From Candidatus Giovannonibacteria bacterium (GTDB lineage: Bacteria; Patescibacteriota; Minisyncoccia; UBA11713; 2-01-FULL-45-33), in NCBI GenBank assembly GCA_016432405.1, contig CP066687.1, forward strand, positions 515,065 through 579,064: a stretch of 64,000 bases of DNA. The letters run 5' to 3'. A program made the translations under genes and the position numbers. The first letter of the stretch is position 1. Every line of letters starts with the position of its first letter. This document shows positions 47,853 to 57,900 of this stretch, one piece after another. The notes beneath the pieces were generated by a model that was given only the letters and a program-made list of their open reading frames with translations, made no database searches and was not told the origin of the DNA.

Positions 47853-49700
47853 TCATCTCTTGATTGCTTTGAGATAAACCTCCGCGGGGATTTGGTAATC
47901 AGCGCGCTCTTTCAGACGTTTTTTGCCTTCTTTTTGCTTTTTCCAAAGCTTCATTTTCCGGCTTCTGTCGCCCCCGTAAAGATGCCCCGTGACATTTTTG
48001 GAAAGCGCCGGAAGCGAACGCGAAGCCAAAATCCTCCCGCCGGCGCGCGCCTGTATTTTGAGTGCGAAAACCGCCCGCGGCAGAATTTTGCGGAGTTTTT
48101 CCACCGCCTCTCTGGCTTCCTGCTCCGCGCGCCGGCGGGGAATTATTTTTGAAAACGCCGGCTGGATTTCCTCGGCTATAAGCACGTCCAGCCGCAGCAA
48201 ATCCGCCGGCCGCGTATCCAAAAATTCGTAATTGAGTGAAGCGTATCCGGCAGAGACGCTTTTTAATTCGTCAAAAAAATCGCGCATCAGCTCCCGAAGC
48301 GGCATTTGGGCGCCCAGCTTAACTCTGGACTCCGAAAATTTATGCGTGTCTCCGACTCTCGCCTCGTGCGCTTCCAGCAGTTTCAAGACCTTCGGCAGGC
48401 GCTCCGGCGGAGTAAGTATTTCAATCTTGAGCCACGGCTCCAAAACTTCCAAAATCTCCTGCCCGCCTGCCTGCCGGCTAGGCAGGTCCGGAAATTTGCT
48501 CGGCGCGTATATTTCCATCGTCCCCCGCCTTGTTTTTACGGCGTATTTTACCGTCGGCGAAGCGGCGATCGTTTTTATTTTAAAATCGCGCGCAAGCTTT
48601 TCCACGACAATCTCCAGATGCAGCTGCCCCAAAAATCCGCACCTAAAGCCCCGTCCCAACCCCGCCGCGGCGGGGCCGCCGGATTCCTCCTCAAAAAAAA
48701 GCGCGCTGTCCAGAAGCTTCAGCCGCTCAAGCGCCTTTTTCAAATCCTCAAAGGCGTTCTGATCCTCCGGATACAAACTTGAAAAAACCACCGGCCTTGG
48801 CTCGCGGTAACCCGGCAAAGCATTAAGCGAGCTGCCATCTTCCAATATTGTGTCACCAACGCGCACCGCTCTCGCTTCTTTTATCCCAGTGACGACGTAG
48901 CCAATCTCGCCCGCGGACAGGATTTCCATAGGCGAAAGCTCCGGCCTGAACACCCCGACCTCGCTTGCGGCAAATTTAATATTGGAATGAACCAACTTTA
49001 ATCTACTGCCTTTCCCAATCTCTCCGCCAAAAACCCGCACATGCGCGACTATCCCTTTATGCAAAGAGTATTCAAAATCAAAAATTAATGCCCGTGTTCC
49101 GCCGCCCGGGAAAACACTCGGTGTTTGAAGCCCGCCAACACCGAGTGTTGAGGAGGGCGGCGGAATTTTTTCAACAACTTTCTCAAGCAATTTTTCCACC
49201 CCCTCGCCGGTTTTCGCGGAAAGTTCCAGAATCTCCCCGGCGGACTCACCCAAAAGATTTTTGATTTCTTCTTTTGTCTCCGCGATTCTTGCCTGCGGCA
49301 GGTCAATTTTATTTACCGCCGGAATTATTTTCAAATTAAGCGATTTCGCCAGCTCCACGTTGGAGAGCGTCTGCGCCTCCACTCCCTGGGTCGCGTCCAC
49401 AAGCAAAACCGCGCCCTCCGCGGCGGCCAGCGCCCTAGAGACCTCGTAGTTAAAATCAATATGCCCGGGCGTGTCAATTAAATTCAAAATATACGGCTTA
49501 TGGCTTACGGCATATAGCATTCTAACCGGCTGCATCTTGATTGTTATCCCCCGCTCGCGCTCAAGCGGATGCATATCCAAAAATTGCGCGCGCATTTTGC
49601 GGGCTTCAACTGTCTTGGTAATCTCCAGCATCCTGTCGGCCAAGGTGGATTTTCCGTGGTCAATATGCGCGATTATGCAGAAGTTCCTGATATTCGGCAT
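47853..49700 (-). CDS. lepA: Elongation factor 4
   Basis: IRNFCIIAHIDHGKSTLADR, LYGGDRSRKMKL. Confidence 0.97.
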   Translation of the reverse strand: MPNIRNFCIIAHIDHGKSTLADRMLEITKTVEARKMRAQFLDMHPLERERGITIKMQPVRMLYAVSHKPYILNLIDTPGHIDFNYEVSRALAAAEGAVLLVDATQGVEAQTLSNVELAKSLNLKIIPAVNKIDLPQARIAETKEEIKNLLGESAGEILELSAKTGEGVEKLLEKVVEKIPPPSSTLGVGGLQTPSVFPGGGTRALIFDFEYSLHKGIVAHVRVFGGEIGKGSRLKLVHSNIKFAASEVGVFRPELSPMEILSAGEIGYVVTGIKEARAVRVGDTILEDGSSLNALPGYREPRPVVFSSLYPEDQNAFEDLKKALERLKLLDSALFFEEESGGPAAAGLGRGFRCGFLGQLHLEIVVEKLARDFKIKTIAASPTVKYAVKTRRGTMEIYAPSKFPDLPSRQAGGQEILEVLEPWLKIEILTPPERLPKVLKLLEAHEARVGDTHKFSESRVKLGAQMPLRELMRDFFDELKSVSAGYASLNYEFLDTRPADLLRLDVLIAEEIQPAFSKIIPRRRAEQEAREAVEKLRKILPRAVFALKIQARAGGRILASRSLPALSKNVTGHLYGGDRSRKMKLWKKQKEGKKRLKERADYQIPAEVYLKAIKR

Positions 49701-49781
49701 AAATAGAGTTTATAGAAAATTTTAAAAATAAAAAAGAGGAGAAGAATTTTTTCCTCCCCTCTTGTTTCTGACCATCCTTTA

Positions 49782-50189
49782 TTAAAGCGGCGCTTTAGAC
49801 AATGTCGGCCCCGGACGCTCGTAAACTTTCTCGAGTCTCCGTCTTATCTCCGCAATCCGAGAGTCCTTAAACCACGACCTTGTAGCTTTTAGATCTGCGA
49901 TCGCTTTCCCGACAATCTCCCGGTATTCGATAAGCAACAGCCCAATGTCGTTATCGTCGACCTGCCTTAAGCAAAAAAATTCAAAACTCTTGAAAACGAT
50001 TTTTTGGAGTTGCTCGCTAAGGATAACGGCGATCCGGAAATCATCGCAATCTATATACACCTCGTTAAAATCCCGTACCGTCCGATAAAGAACGGACTGA
50101 CCGAATTGGTCAGAGATGTATGGGGAAATTCTATCAGCTACCACTCGCGGCTCTAAGCCACCTTTCCATTGCACTCCAGCTCGATGCAT
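49782..50189 (-). CDS. Hypothetical protein (orphan)
   Basis: GGAGGA RBS before ATG 50189; TTGACA-N17-TATTAT promoter at 50296-50324 on the minus strand. Confidence 0.65.
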   Translation of the reverse strand: MHRAGVQWKGGLEPRVVADRISPYISDQFGQSVLYRTVRDFNEVYIDCDDFRIAVILSEQLQKIVFKSFEFFCLRQVDDNDIGLLLIEYREIVGKAIADLKATRSWFKDSRIAEIRRRLEKVYERPGPTLSKAPL

Positions 50190-50338
50190 ATATCCTCCAT
50201 TGCCGTTTTTTGACCTAAGCAGGCAAACGGCCGCCGTTATTCTTCCAATTTCTTGGAATACAGCTAGGCATAAAAGACCAAGCATTCTAGAACCCATAAT
50301 ACACCCAAAACAATATTTTGTCAAGTGCCTGTCGTGGC

Positions 50339-52030
50339 TCAAAGCAATCTTTCCGGTTCGGGGGCGGGGACCATGTCTGCTTTGCTTTTTTCTCTCTCCA
50401 AAAAAATATCCAGCAAGCTTCCGGAAAATTCTTTCAGTTCTTTGCTACCCAGCGCCCAAAGCGACGCCGCCGTCGCCAAAATCCCCAAAACACCGGCCAA
50501 AAACCCTTGCCCGAAAACCCCAAAAAATGTGTGCAGGTCAAAAACGCGCGAAAAAATATCCAGCCCCAAGTAAGCCGCGAGTCCGCCCACGGCGCTCGCG
50601 GAAAGAACCTGCAAAAACGCCCGCCCAATCCCGCGCCAGCTAAACCCCACGAAAACATTTTTAAAAACAAACGCCAGAAAAATGAAATTAAAAACACTGC
50701 CCGCCAAAATCCCCAAAGGCAAAGACACGGCGCGTATGTCGGAGATGTCTTCTATCCGGAGCAGGGAGCCAAAAACATCTTTTAAAAATCCTCCCTCCCC
50801 GAGCGCAGCCGAAAACCAAAAGACGGCGCCCACGGAAAGAACCGACGACACGGCATTGATGATAAGCGGCCTCCACGATTCCCCCTCCGCGTAAAAAGCG
50901 CGAGTTAAGAGCATAAATACACTTTGAAAAACTATGGCTAAACTCAATATTGAAAGCGCCGCGGCTGTAAGCCGCGTATCGGTCCAGCTGAAAGCCCCGC
51001 TCCCCAAAACAACCCTGACTATCTGCGCCCGCAGCACCAAAATCAAAACCGCCATCGGCAGAGTCCAGAAAATTATATGCCGCATGGCCGCGGAGAAATG
51101 TTTTTCAAACTCCTCTTTTGATTTTTTGAGAGACGAAGCAACCAAATCCGGAAAAGCGGCCACGCTGTAAGAAAGCCCAATGATCGTCACCGGAATAAAT
51201 TCCAGGTTGAGCGCCAGATTAAACACGGCGATGCTCCCCTGCGAAAAAGTTGAGGCAATGCCGGTTAAAATAAAAGTGGTGATTTGTGTAATCTGGAGCC
51301 CCAGGGTTCTGGGCAAAGAAAGCCGGGCGATTTTTTTTATATCTTCGCTCCATATTTTTCCAAACCGGAGAGAAATTCCAAGCCCCCGAAGCGACGGCGC
51401 CTGCGCGCCGAGGTGCAAAAACGCCCCAAAAGCAACCCCCCAGGCAAGGCCCGAGATGCCAAAAAAATCATAGAAAACCAGTATGCCCAAAAGTATCCCG
51501 ACGTTGTAAAAAACAGGCGCGAGGCCGTAAGCAAAAAATCTCCTCACGGCCTGCGTCGCGCTGGACAAGATGTTTGAAAGGCCCAAAAAAAACGGCGAGA
51601 GGAGTAAAATGCGGGAAAGCAAGACGGTGCGGCCGATCTCGCCTTCTGAAAATCCCGGCAGAGAGCGGTCGGTTATCCACGGCATCAAAAAAAACGCCGC
51701 GGCGCTCAAAATAACCACAAAAAAAGAAAAAAAGGCGAAGATTGAACCCAAAAGCTCTTCTGCGCCTTTCTTCTCCTCGCCGAATTTTTTTAAAAAAATC
51801 GGGATAATCGCGGTTGAGGCGGTAAAAAGCAGCATAAAAGTGTAAAGAAAGTCCGGCACGCGGAAAGCCGCGTAGTAAATGTCAAGTTCGCGGGATGCGC
51901 CGAAAGTCCCGGCGAGCGCCCTGTCTCTTAAAAGCCCGAGGGCATCGGCCAAAATGCCGAAAAATCCGAGCCAAAAAGCCGCGTGGTGGACATTTCCTAA
52001 ATCGGCGTGGAAGAGTTTTACGAACCTCAT
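50339..52030 (-). CDS. murJ: Lipid II flippase MurJ
   Basis: LGLLRDRALAGTFGA, YYAAFRVPD, APVFYNVGI, RAFYA. Confidence 0.93.
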   Translation of the reverse strand: MRFVKLFHADLGNVHHAAFWLGFFGILADALGLLRDRALAGTFGASRELDIYYAAFRVPDFLYTFMLLFTASTAIIPIFLKKFGEEKKGAEELLGSIFAFFSFFVVILSAAAFFLMPWITDRSLPGFSEGEIGRTVLLSRILLLSPFFLGLSNILSSATQAVRRFFAYGLAPVFYNVGILLGILVFYDFFGISGLAWGVAFGAFLHLGAQAPSLRGLGISLRFGKIWSEDIKKIARLSLPRTLGLQITQITTFILTGIASTFSQGSIAVFNLALNLEFIPVTIIGLSYSVAAFPDLVASSLKKSKEEFEKHFSAAMRHIIFWTLPMAVLILVLRAQIVRVVLGSGAFSWTDTRLTAAALSILSLAIVFQSVFMLLTRAFYAEGESWRPLIINAVSSVLSVGAVFWFSAALGEGGFLKDVFGSLLRIEDISDIRAVSLPLGILAGSVFNFIFLAFVFKNVFVGFSWRGIGRAFLQVLSASAVGGLAAYLGLDIFSRVFDLHTFFGVFGQGFLAGVLGILATAASLWALGSKELKEFSGSLLDIFLEREKSKADMVPAPEPERLL

Positions 52031-54339
52031 CGCCCTTTCACTGGCGGCTCGCTTCTTTTCTCCGGAGCGGGGCCTGCTATGCCGGCGAGCGCAGCTTTTT
52101 TGGCGCGTAGGTTGGACAAAATCTGCTTAACCTCGCCGTTGTCCGGGTTGAGCGCCAGAATTTTTTCAAATTCTGAAACCGCCTCCGCCCTCCTCCCGCC
52201 GCGGTCGTAAATCAGCCCCAAAAAGTACCGGGCGTTGGAATAATTCGCGTTAATTTCAACCGCGCGCCCGAAAACTATCTCCGCGTCGCTTAAGCGATTG
52301 GCTCGGTAATACAAAAGCCCGAGCTGAAAAAGCGTTCCGATATCGTTGGGCGCCAAAAGCGCCGCCGCCTCTCCTCTTTTTATGGCCTCCGCGGCCTGGC
52401 CTTCCGCGTCGTAAACCTGCGCCAAAAGGAAATGGCCTTCAACATAGTCGGGTTTTAAAGAAACCGCCTTCAGCAAATTCTCTTCGGCTTTTTTCAAAGA
52501 GTCGCGATTGTTACGCATAGCGGCGTCGCTAAGATAGACCACGGCTTTGTCTCTCCAAAGAAGCGGATTTGAGGGCGCGCGCTTCAGCGCCTCGTCGTAT
52601 TGCGCCTGGGCCGCCTCCATTCCGCCGGCGGCGCCCAACTGGACCAAAAAGGAGTAAATCTGCCCAAGCGCGCGGTAATTCAAAAAGTCCTGCGGCTCCG
52701 CCTTTTCGGCGGCTTGCGCCGCCGAAACCGCGCGGTCAAGAAAATCTTTAAAGCGCGACCCAAGAATGTCCGGGGGCGTTGCCCTGTCCTGCAGCAAAAG
52801 CTGGCCCTTAGACATATAGACCTGCGAGAGCGTGCGGAGGTAAAGATCATTGGCGCCGTCGGTTTGCGCCGCAATCAATATTTTTCTCTCCGCTTCGTCC
52901 AAATTTCCGGCGTTTATCGCCTCCAGCCCCTTGGCGTAAGCAAGCTGGCCGACATAGCGGACCGAAACCAAGTAAAGCCCTAATGCGCCCAGGATTATAA
53001 AAAAGACGACAACAAGCGCCGAAATAAATCCTCTCGGCCCTTCTTCTTTAACCAAAGAAAATTCGTAAATTTTAAACGCCCCGGAGATGCGCAGCGCCGC
53101 CAAAAGAAGCCCCATGGCAAAGAATCCCAAGGCCGCCAAAACATACCCCGCAGAGTAAAACATAAACATCAAAATCGCCAAGGAAAAAAGCAGGAACGCC
53201 GCGAAAACCAAGGTCTCCGCGCGCGAATCATGCGCGGAAGCAAGCGCCTTCAAACCCAGATACCAAAGCCAGCCAAAAAACGCGAGCAGCAAAGCCCATC
53301 CCAAAACGCCCGTCTCTCCAAGCGCGCTCAAAATATAAGAGGACCCGAGAGTAAAGCGCAGCCCCCAAAACAAAGTGTTATTGACTTCGGCCGGCTTGTA
53401 TTTATCCCAAAGGTAGCCGAAGGACGCCGGGCCGGTTCCAAAAACGGTGTTTTCTTTAAGCGCTTTCCCCGCAACCTGCAAAGTGGCGCTGTGGGAAACT
53501 CCGACTTCCAAGGGCGCCGGGAAAGCAATTGAGGAAGCGATGAGCGCCGTAAATAAAAAAGCAAAAAGCGCGACCAAAAGAAGCGCCAAAGGAAACCCGA
53601 CTCCGGCGAGCGAAGTATTTTTGCGCCAGATGCCGTAGCTCAAAAGCAAAATCGCAAAAAATCCGATAATGCCCCAAAGCACCGGGAAATTAACCACCAG
53701 TACCAAAAGCAAAGAAAGTAAAAACAGCGCCGCCATAACCCACCTCGCCGCGCCGGACGAAACAGATAAAAAAGGATAAAGCAGCATAAGAAAAAACGCC
53801 GCCGTAAATCCAACGCTGTTCCATGAGCCAACGGGATTAAAAGCGCGCGCCGCGAAAAGACCGCCTAAGGATTGGCCGAGCCCGAAAACGGAAAATATCC
53901 ATACCATTGCCAAAAAGACAGTGAGCCCCAAGCCCAGAGCGACCATGAGCCGCGAGAAATGAGCCGGCTCGGAAAAAAGCGTCATTATCATAAAACTCAT
54001 CAAAGAAAAAGTAAGCAGCGCCAAAAAACTGGAGGGCTCGGCGGCAATTCCCCAAAGCGAAGCGCCCGAGCGGGAAATAACCGCCGAAGCCAAAACGGAA
54101 AGCAAAAACGCGCCCCATATTATAAAAACATGATGGTACGGCAGAGAAACGCTGCCCGCTCTTATGGAATGCGCGAGGTATAAAACGAAAGACAAAAACA
54201 CCAAAACCGAGACCATGAGCAGTTTGTTGAATTCAACCGGAGCTATGGTTACGGGCAAAAACCATACCGGCAGTAAAAAAGCGAGCGCCAAGAGGCACCA
54301 CTCTGCCGCTTTGTGTAGAGAATCGCTTGATATAGTCAT
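52027..54339 (-). CDS. Multi-TM protein (O-antigen ligase-like) with C-terminal TPRs
   Basis: Likely start MTISSD at 54339, because the upstream part of the ORF overlaps rnpB; FGTGPASF, GETGVLG, TPR repeats. Confidence 0.85.
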   Translation of the reverse strand: MTISSDSLHKAAEWCLLALAFLLPVWFLPVTIAPVEFNKLLMVSVLVFLSFVLYLAHSIRAGSVSLPYHHVFIIWGAFLLSVLASAVISRSGASLWGIAAEPSSFLALLTFSLMSFMIMTLFSEPAHFSRLMVALGLGLTVFLAMVWIFSVFGLGQSLGGLFAARAFNPVGSWNSVGFTAAFFLMLLYPFLSVSSGAARWVMAALFLLSLLLVLVVNFPVLWGIIGFFAILLLSYGIWRKNTSLAGVGFPLALLLVALFAFLFTALIASSIAFPAPLEVGVSHSATLQVAGKALKENTVFGTGPASFGYLWDKYKPAEVNNTLFWGLRFTLGSSYILSALGETGVLGWALLLAFFGWLWYLGLKALASAHDSRAETLVFAAFLLFSLAILMFMFYSAGYVLAALGFFAMGLLLAALRISGAFKIYEFSLVKEEGPRGFISALVVVFFIILGALGLYLVSVRYVGQLAYAKGLEAINAGNLDEAERKILIAAQTDGANDLYLRTLSQVYMSKGQLLLQDRATPPDILGSRFKDFLDRAVSAAQAAEKAEPQDFLNYRALGQIYSFLVQLGAAGGMEAAQAQYDEALKRAPSNPLLWRDKAVVYLSDAAMRNNRDSLKKAEENLLKAVSLKPDYVEGHFLLAQVYDAEGQAAEAIKRGEAAALLAPNDIGTLFQLGLLYYRANRLSDAEIVFGRAVEINANYSNARYFLGLIYDRGGRRAEAVSEFEKILALNPDNGEVKQILSNLRAKKAALAGIAGPAPEKRSEPPVKGR

Positions 54340-54358
54340 ATAGAAGATTATAAAAATA

Positions 54359-54389
54359 ACCCAGCCCCGACGCAAGGTCGGGGCTGGGG
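54359..54389 (-). terminator. GC-rich hairpin immediately downstream of rnpB
   Basis: cccagccccgac-gcaag-gtcggggctggg. Confidence 0.65.
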
Positions 54390-54394
54390 ATTTG

Positions 54395-54889
54395 GATTCT
54401 CCGCTCATAAGCCGAGTTCTGTTTAAATAGCCATCTGTCTGGTCCCGCGATTGCTCTGCGGGATCTAGCGTCCGACTACCGAGGTTAACTCGACGTCGGA
54501 CTTGCACCGGGCCCCGACGTAAAGCCGGGGTCCCGACTTCGCTATCAAAAATTTTAATAGTGCGTCGGGACAAGTGTTTTTCACCGCGCGCTGTCACCAA
54601 CGCGCGCTGTGAGCTTTTACCTCACCTCTTTTCACCCTTGCGCTATCAACGCTTCCGGCTTTAGACCGAAAATGATGACGTCCGCGGTATTGTCTCTGTG
54701 ACACTCTCTCGTCCCGCCGTTGGCGGGAGGTGGCCGTTAGCCACTGCCTCTGCCAAAGTTGCCCGAAGCGCAGCGAGGCCGCAACTTTGAGCATCCCGAC
54801 TTTACGTCGGGATTACCTTAGCGGTGCTCGGACTTTCCTCCCTTCCCAAAGCTTGCGCATTGTGGCGGGCGGCTATCCGGCGAAGAATC
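54395..54889 (-). ncRNA. rnpB: RNase P RNA, enlarged by insertions
   Basis: Minus strand GAGGAAAGTCCGAGC, AGTGTCACAGAGA, GGGTGAAA...GGTAAAAG, ACAGAACTCGGCTTA; ends gattcttcgc and gcggagaatc pair. Confidence 0.95.
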
Positions 54890-54928
54890 TTCCTACATTA
54901 TAGCAGCGTCCCAAAAAATTGCAAGCAT

Positions 54929-57900
54929 CTAAAAAGCGTCTGCCGGGGACTTGTCGGTTGTGTTTCCGCTGAAAGTCGCGCCAGTCGCCTGAATCGTTGA
55001 GTTGGAAGAAGAAACCCCCAGGAAGTTATCGGAAAACGAAACTGTGTTCAAAACCACTCCGGCGTTGGCGGCAACCAGCGCCGTTGAATTGCTCGCGGGC
55101 GAGGCGTGGTTATTAAATTCAAAATTGGTGAGCGTTGAGGTCGCGTGGTCGTAAAGCCGCATTCCGGCCTTGTAATTATTCTCAATCCGCCCGTCCGACA
55201 AACTGACGCTCCCGCCAAAAACTCCGATGCCCGCTATGGCGTTAGGGTTGCCTCCCGCGCCATATCCGCCGTAGCGCAAAGTGAACCCGCCGCCATACAT
55301 ATATCCGCCGGAATTTACCACAATGCCGTACCACTCGCCGGGCGCCGTGTCCGCCAAAGAAGTGAAAACGATACTGCTTTTGCTCGCGCCTTCAAGTTTT
55401 AACGCGCCGTTTACGGTGAGCCGCGAAGAGCTGTCCTCGCCGGCAAACCGCGCGCCCGCTTCCAAAACCAAACCCGCTCCGGCGGAAATTTCGGCATTTG
55501 ACGAAGAAATTGTTAGGTAAGCCAGAGAATTAGAAGCGAGCGTCGTCGTCCCGCCCGCTGCAGAAATCGTCCCCAAAAGCGCTATGCCGTTTTTGCCGTT
55601 GCCCGCGCCGGAATTCCCAGAAAAAGTGCTGGAGCCGTTTGATGAATACAAAGCGTAAGAAATATTATTGTTAAAAATATTATTCGCGTAAGACGCGGCC
55701 GCCCCTTCCGCCTTTGCTCCAAAATAATTTTCCGAAAACGTGTTTCCGGAAACGGTCGGCGCTCCGCCCACGACGTAAAACCCGACGTTATCCGCCGTCG
55801 TCGTGCCCACAGAGAAGGTATTGTTCTGAATTGTGGAGTTAGAAGTCGTCAATCTTGCTCCCGCCGAAAAAGAATTTTCAAAAATTGAATTGGAAATGGT
55901 TATGGAGTTGTCAATAACGCTCAAAAGCGCTCTGCGTTCCTGCGGGATATTGCTGGCAAACCCGCCGCCGTATTTAAAACGGGTATGGCTTACGCTGGAA
56001 TTCTGGCTGCTGGAGGTAATCCGCACGTTTCTCCAGCTGCCCGCCGCGGGAGAGCCCGACAAAGCGGTAAATAAAATATTGTTTGCCGCAGTGCCGTCTG
56101 ATTTTAGAGTGCCGTCCACAATCAAATCAGCCGAGTCGCCCATCTTCACCGTAACTCCCGGCTCAATCGTCAAAGTTTTGCCGCTCGCGATTGTCAGAGT
56201 TTCGTTGTCTTTTATAATGTAGGTTCCGAAAGATTGTTTTAACGTTTTGTCGGAAGATAAAGTCGCGCCCTGCGAAATTAAATAATGAAGTGAGTTGCGC
56301 GCCCGCGGAGTCGCAGTAAGCGCCGCGCCCGCCGAATCCAAGCCGTTTTTCACAACGCCGTTTGATGTCCCCCAGTTCCCCGTGTCCGTCCCCACGGCTT
56401 CCATATCAATTCTTTCCATTGATGAATAAGTCGGCGAGGCAAGTCCTCCGCACCAAGCGTTGGAGCAAAGAACAGTTTGGTCAATCGTCGTTGATGCGCG
56501 GGATAAAACCAAAGTTTCTCCGCCGTTCCCAAGACCGGAGCCCGCACCCGAGCCGGAAAAAGGCGCAGTGAGGTCGGCGGTCACGTCGCTTACGGTGTCA
56601 TTATCCGTCCTTTCTATTAAATAATATCCTCCGGCGGAAATTGTTCCCGAAAGATTAATATACGGAACGCCGTCGCCCGCGTATAAAACCCAATTCGCGA
56701 TACTCACGCTTTTTGAACTTCTATTATAAAGCTCAATCCACTCGTCGGCGCTGTTCGCAGAAGTTCCCGCCCAGGCGATTTCATTTATGACAACAGGGCG
56801 AGTGAAAAACACGACCGTCTTAGTCGTTTGCGCGCTCTCGTTGCCGGCATTGTCCACCGCTTTTGCTTTGAAAATATAAGTGGAATCGTCCGCGGGCAAA
56901 GAATAAATTGTGGAAGTCGCCGTGGTGCTCGCAAAATTAAATCCGTCGCAACTTACACCTCCCACTTCACACCTCACATCGTAATGATTCAGGTCGCCCG
57001 CGGCGCTGGACCAGGAAACAGTGGCGGTTGAGCTTGCCACAAGGCATTCGCCGGCAACGGAAGCCAGCCCGGGGCATTCCGAAACGTCCAAAGAAATATC
57101 CGGAGCGGTTGTGTCGGAAGCCGGAGTTTCCGCAGGCGGCGTCGGCGTGCCTCCGCCAAAGCCGGGAGAACCGCCTCCGCCCGCCGCCTGCAACTGCAAA
57201 AAAGGCGGTAAATCCTCATTCGGGGACTTAGTTTCCAAGTTGGCTGCTTCACTTGGTTGTTGGACAACCAAATTGGTTACGCCGCCCGGCGAGAGAACAC
57301 TGCCCGACTCCTCGAAACCTGGTTTTGAGACTTCCAAAAAACCAGGTTTCTTCCCGTCGGGCAGTTTTAAGAAGTCGGGCGGCTCACTTGGCGGTGAAAC
57401 CGCCAAGTGGGGCTCAAATGCGCTTTGAGGAATCTCTTCAACCAACGGCTTCGGCTCTTCTTTATTATTTAAACCGACCGCGCCGCTAACTTGCGACGGA
57501 AGCAAACTCGCCACCCTGTCAAAAATCGTTTTATTTTTCGCCAACAATCTTTTGTTCTCTCTCTCCTCCTCAACCGCCTCAAAAAACAATCTCACCACCC
57601 CAACCCCATGCAAAACCGCTTGTTTGGAAAGATGAGACCAGTAGTCATTCATTACATAAGTATTATCGTCAAATTTAGTTATAAATTTTGAGTTATCTCC
57701 TTTCAGAGTCTCTAATTTAACCAAACGCAATTTCTTGCTATCAAGTTCTCCGTATGCAAAGTAATATTGAACCCCATCAATATGTTCTACACTGATACTC
57801 TTGATAATTGGATTAAAATACTCTTTTGATTTTTCTGGCGTTGTATCCTTGCTAAAAAAATTATTATTAGAATAAGTCGCCATTGAATCAAAATATTCCC

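Noticed and set aside
54340-54600. N-terminal 87 aa of ORF 52027..54600, and ORF 54594..54794
   Set aside because: Both overlap the RNase P RNA gene; the protein probably starts at 54339.
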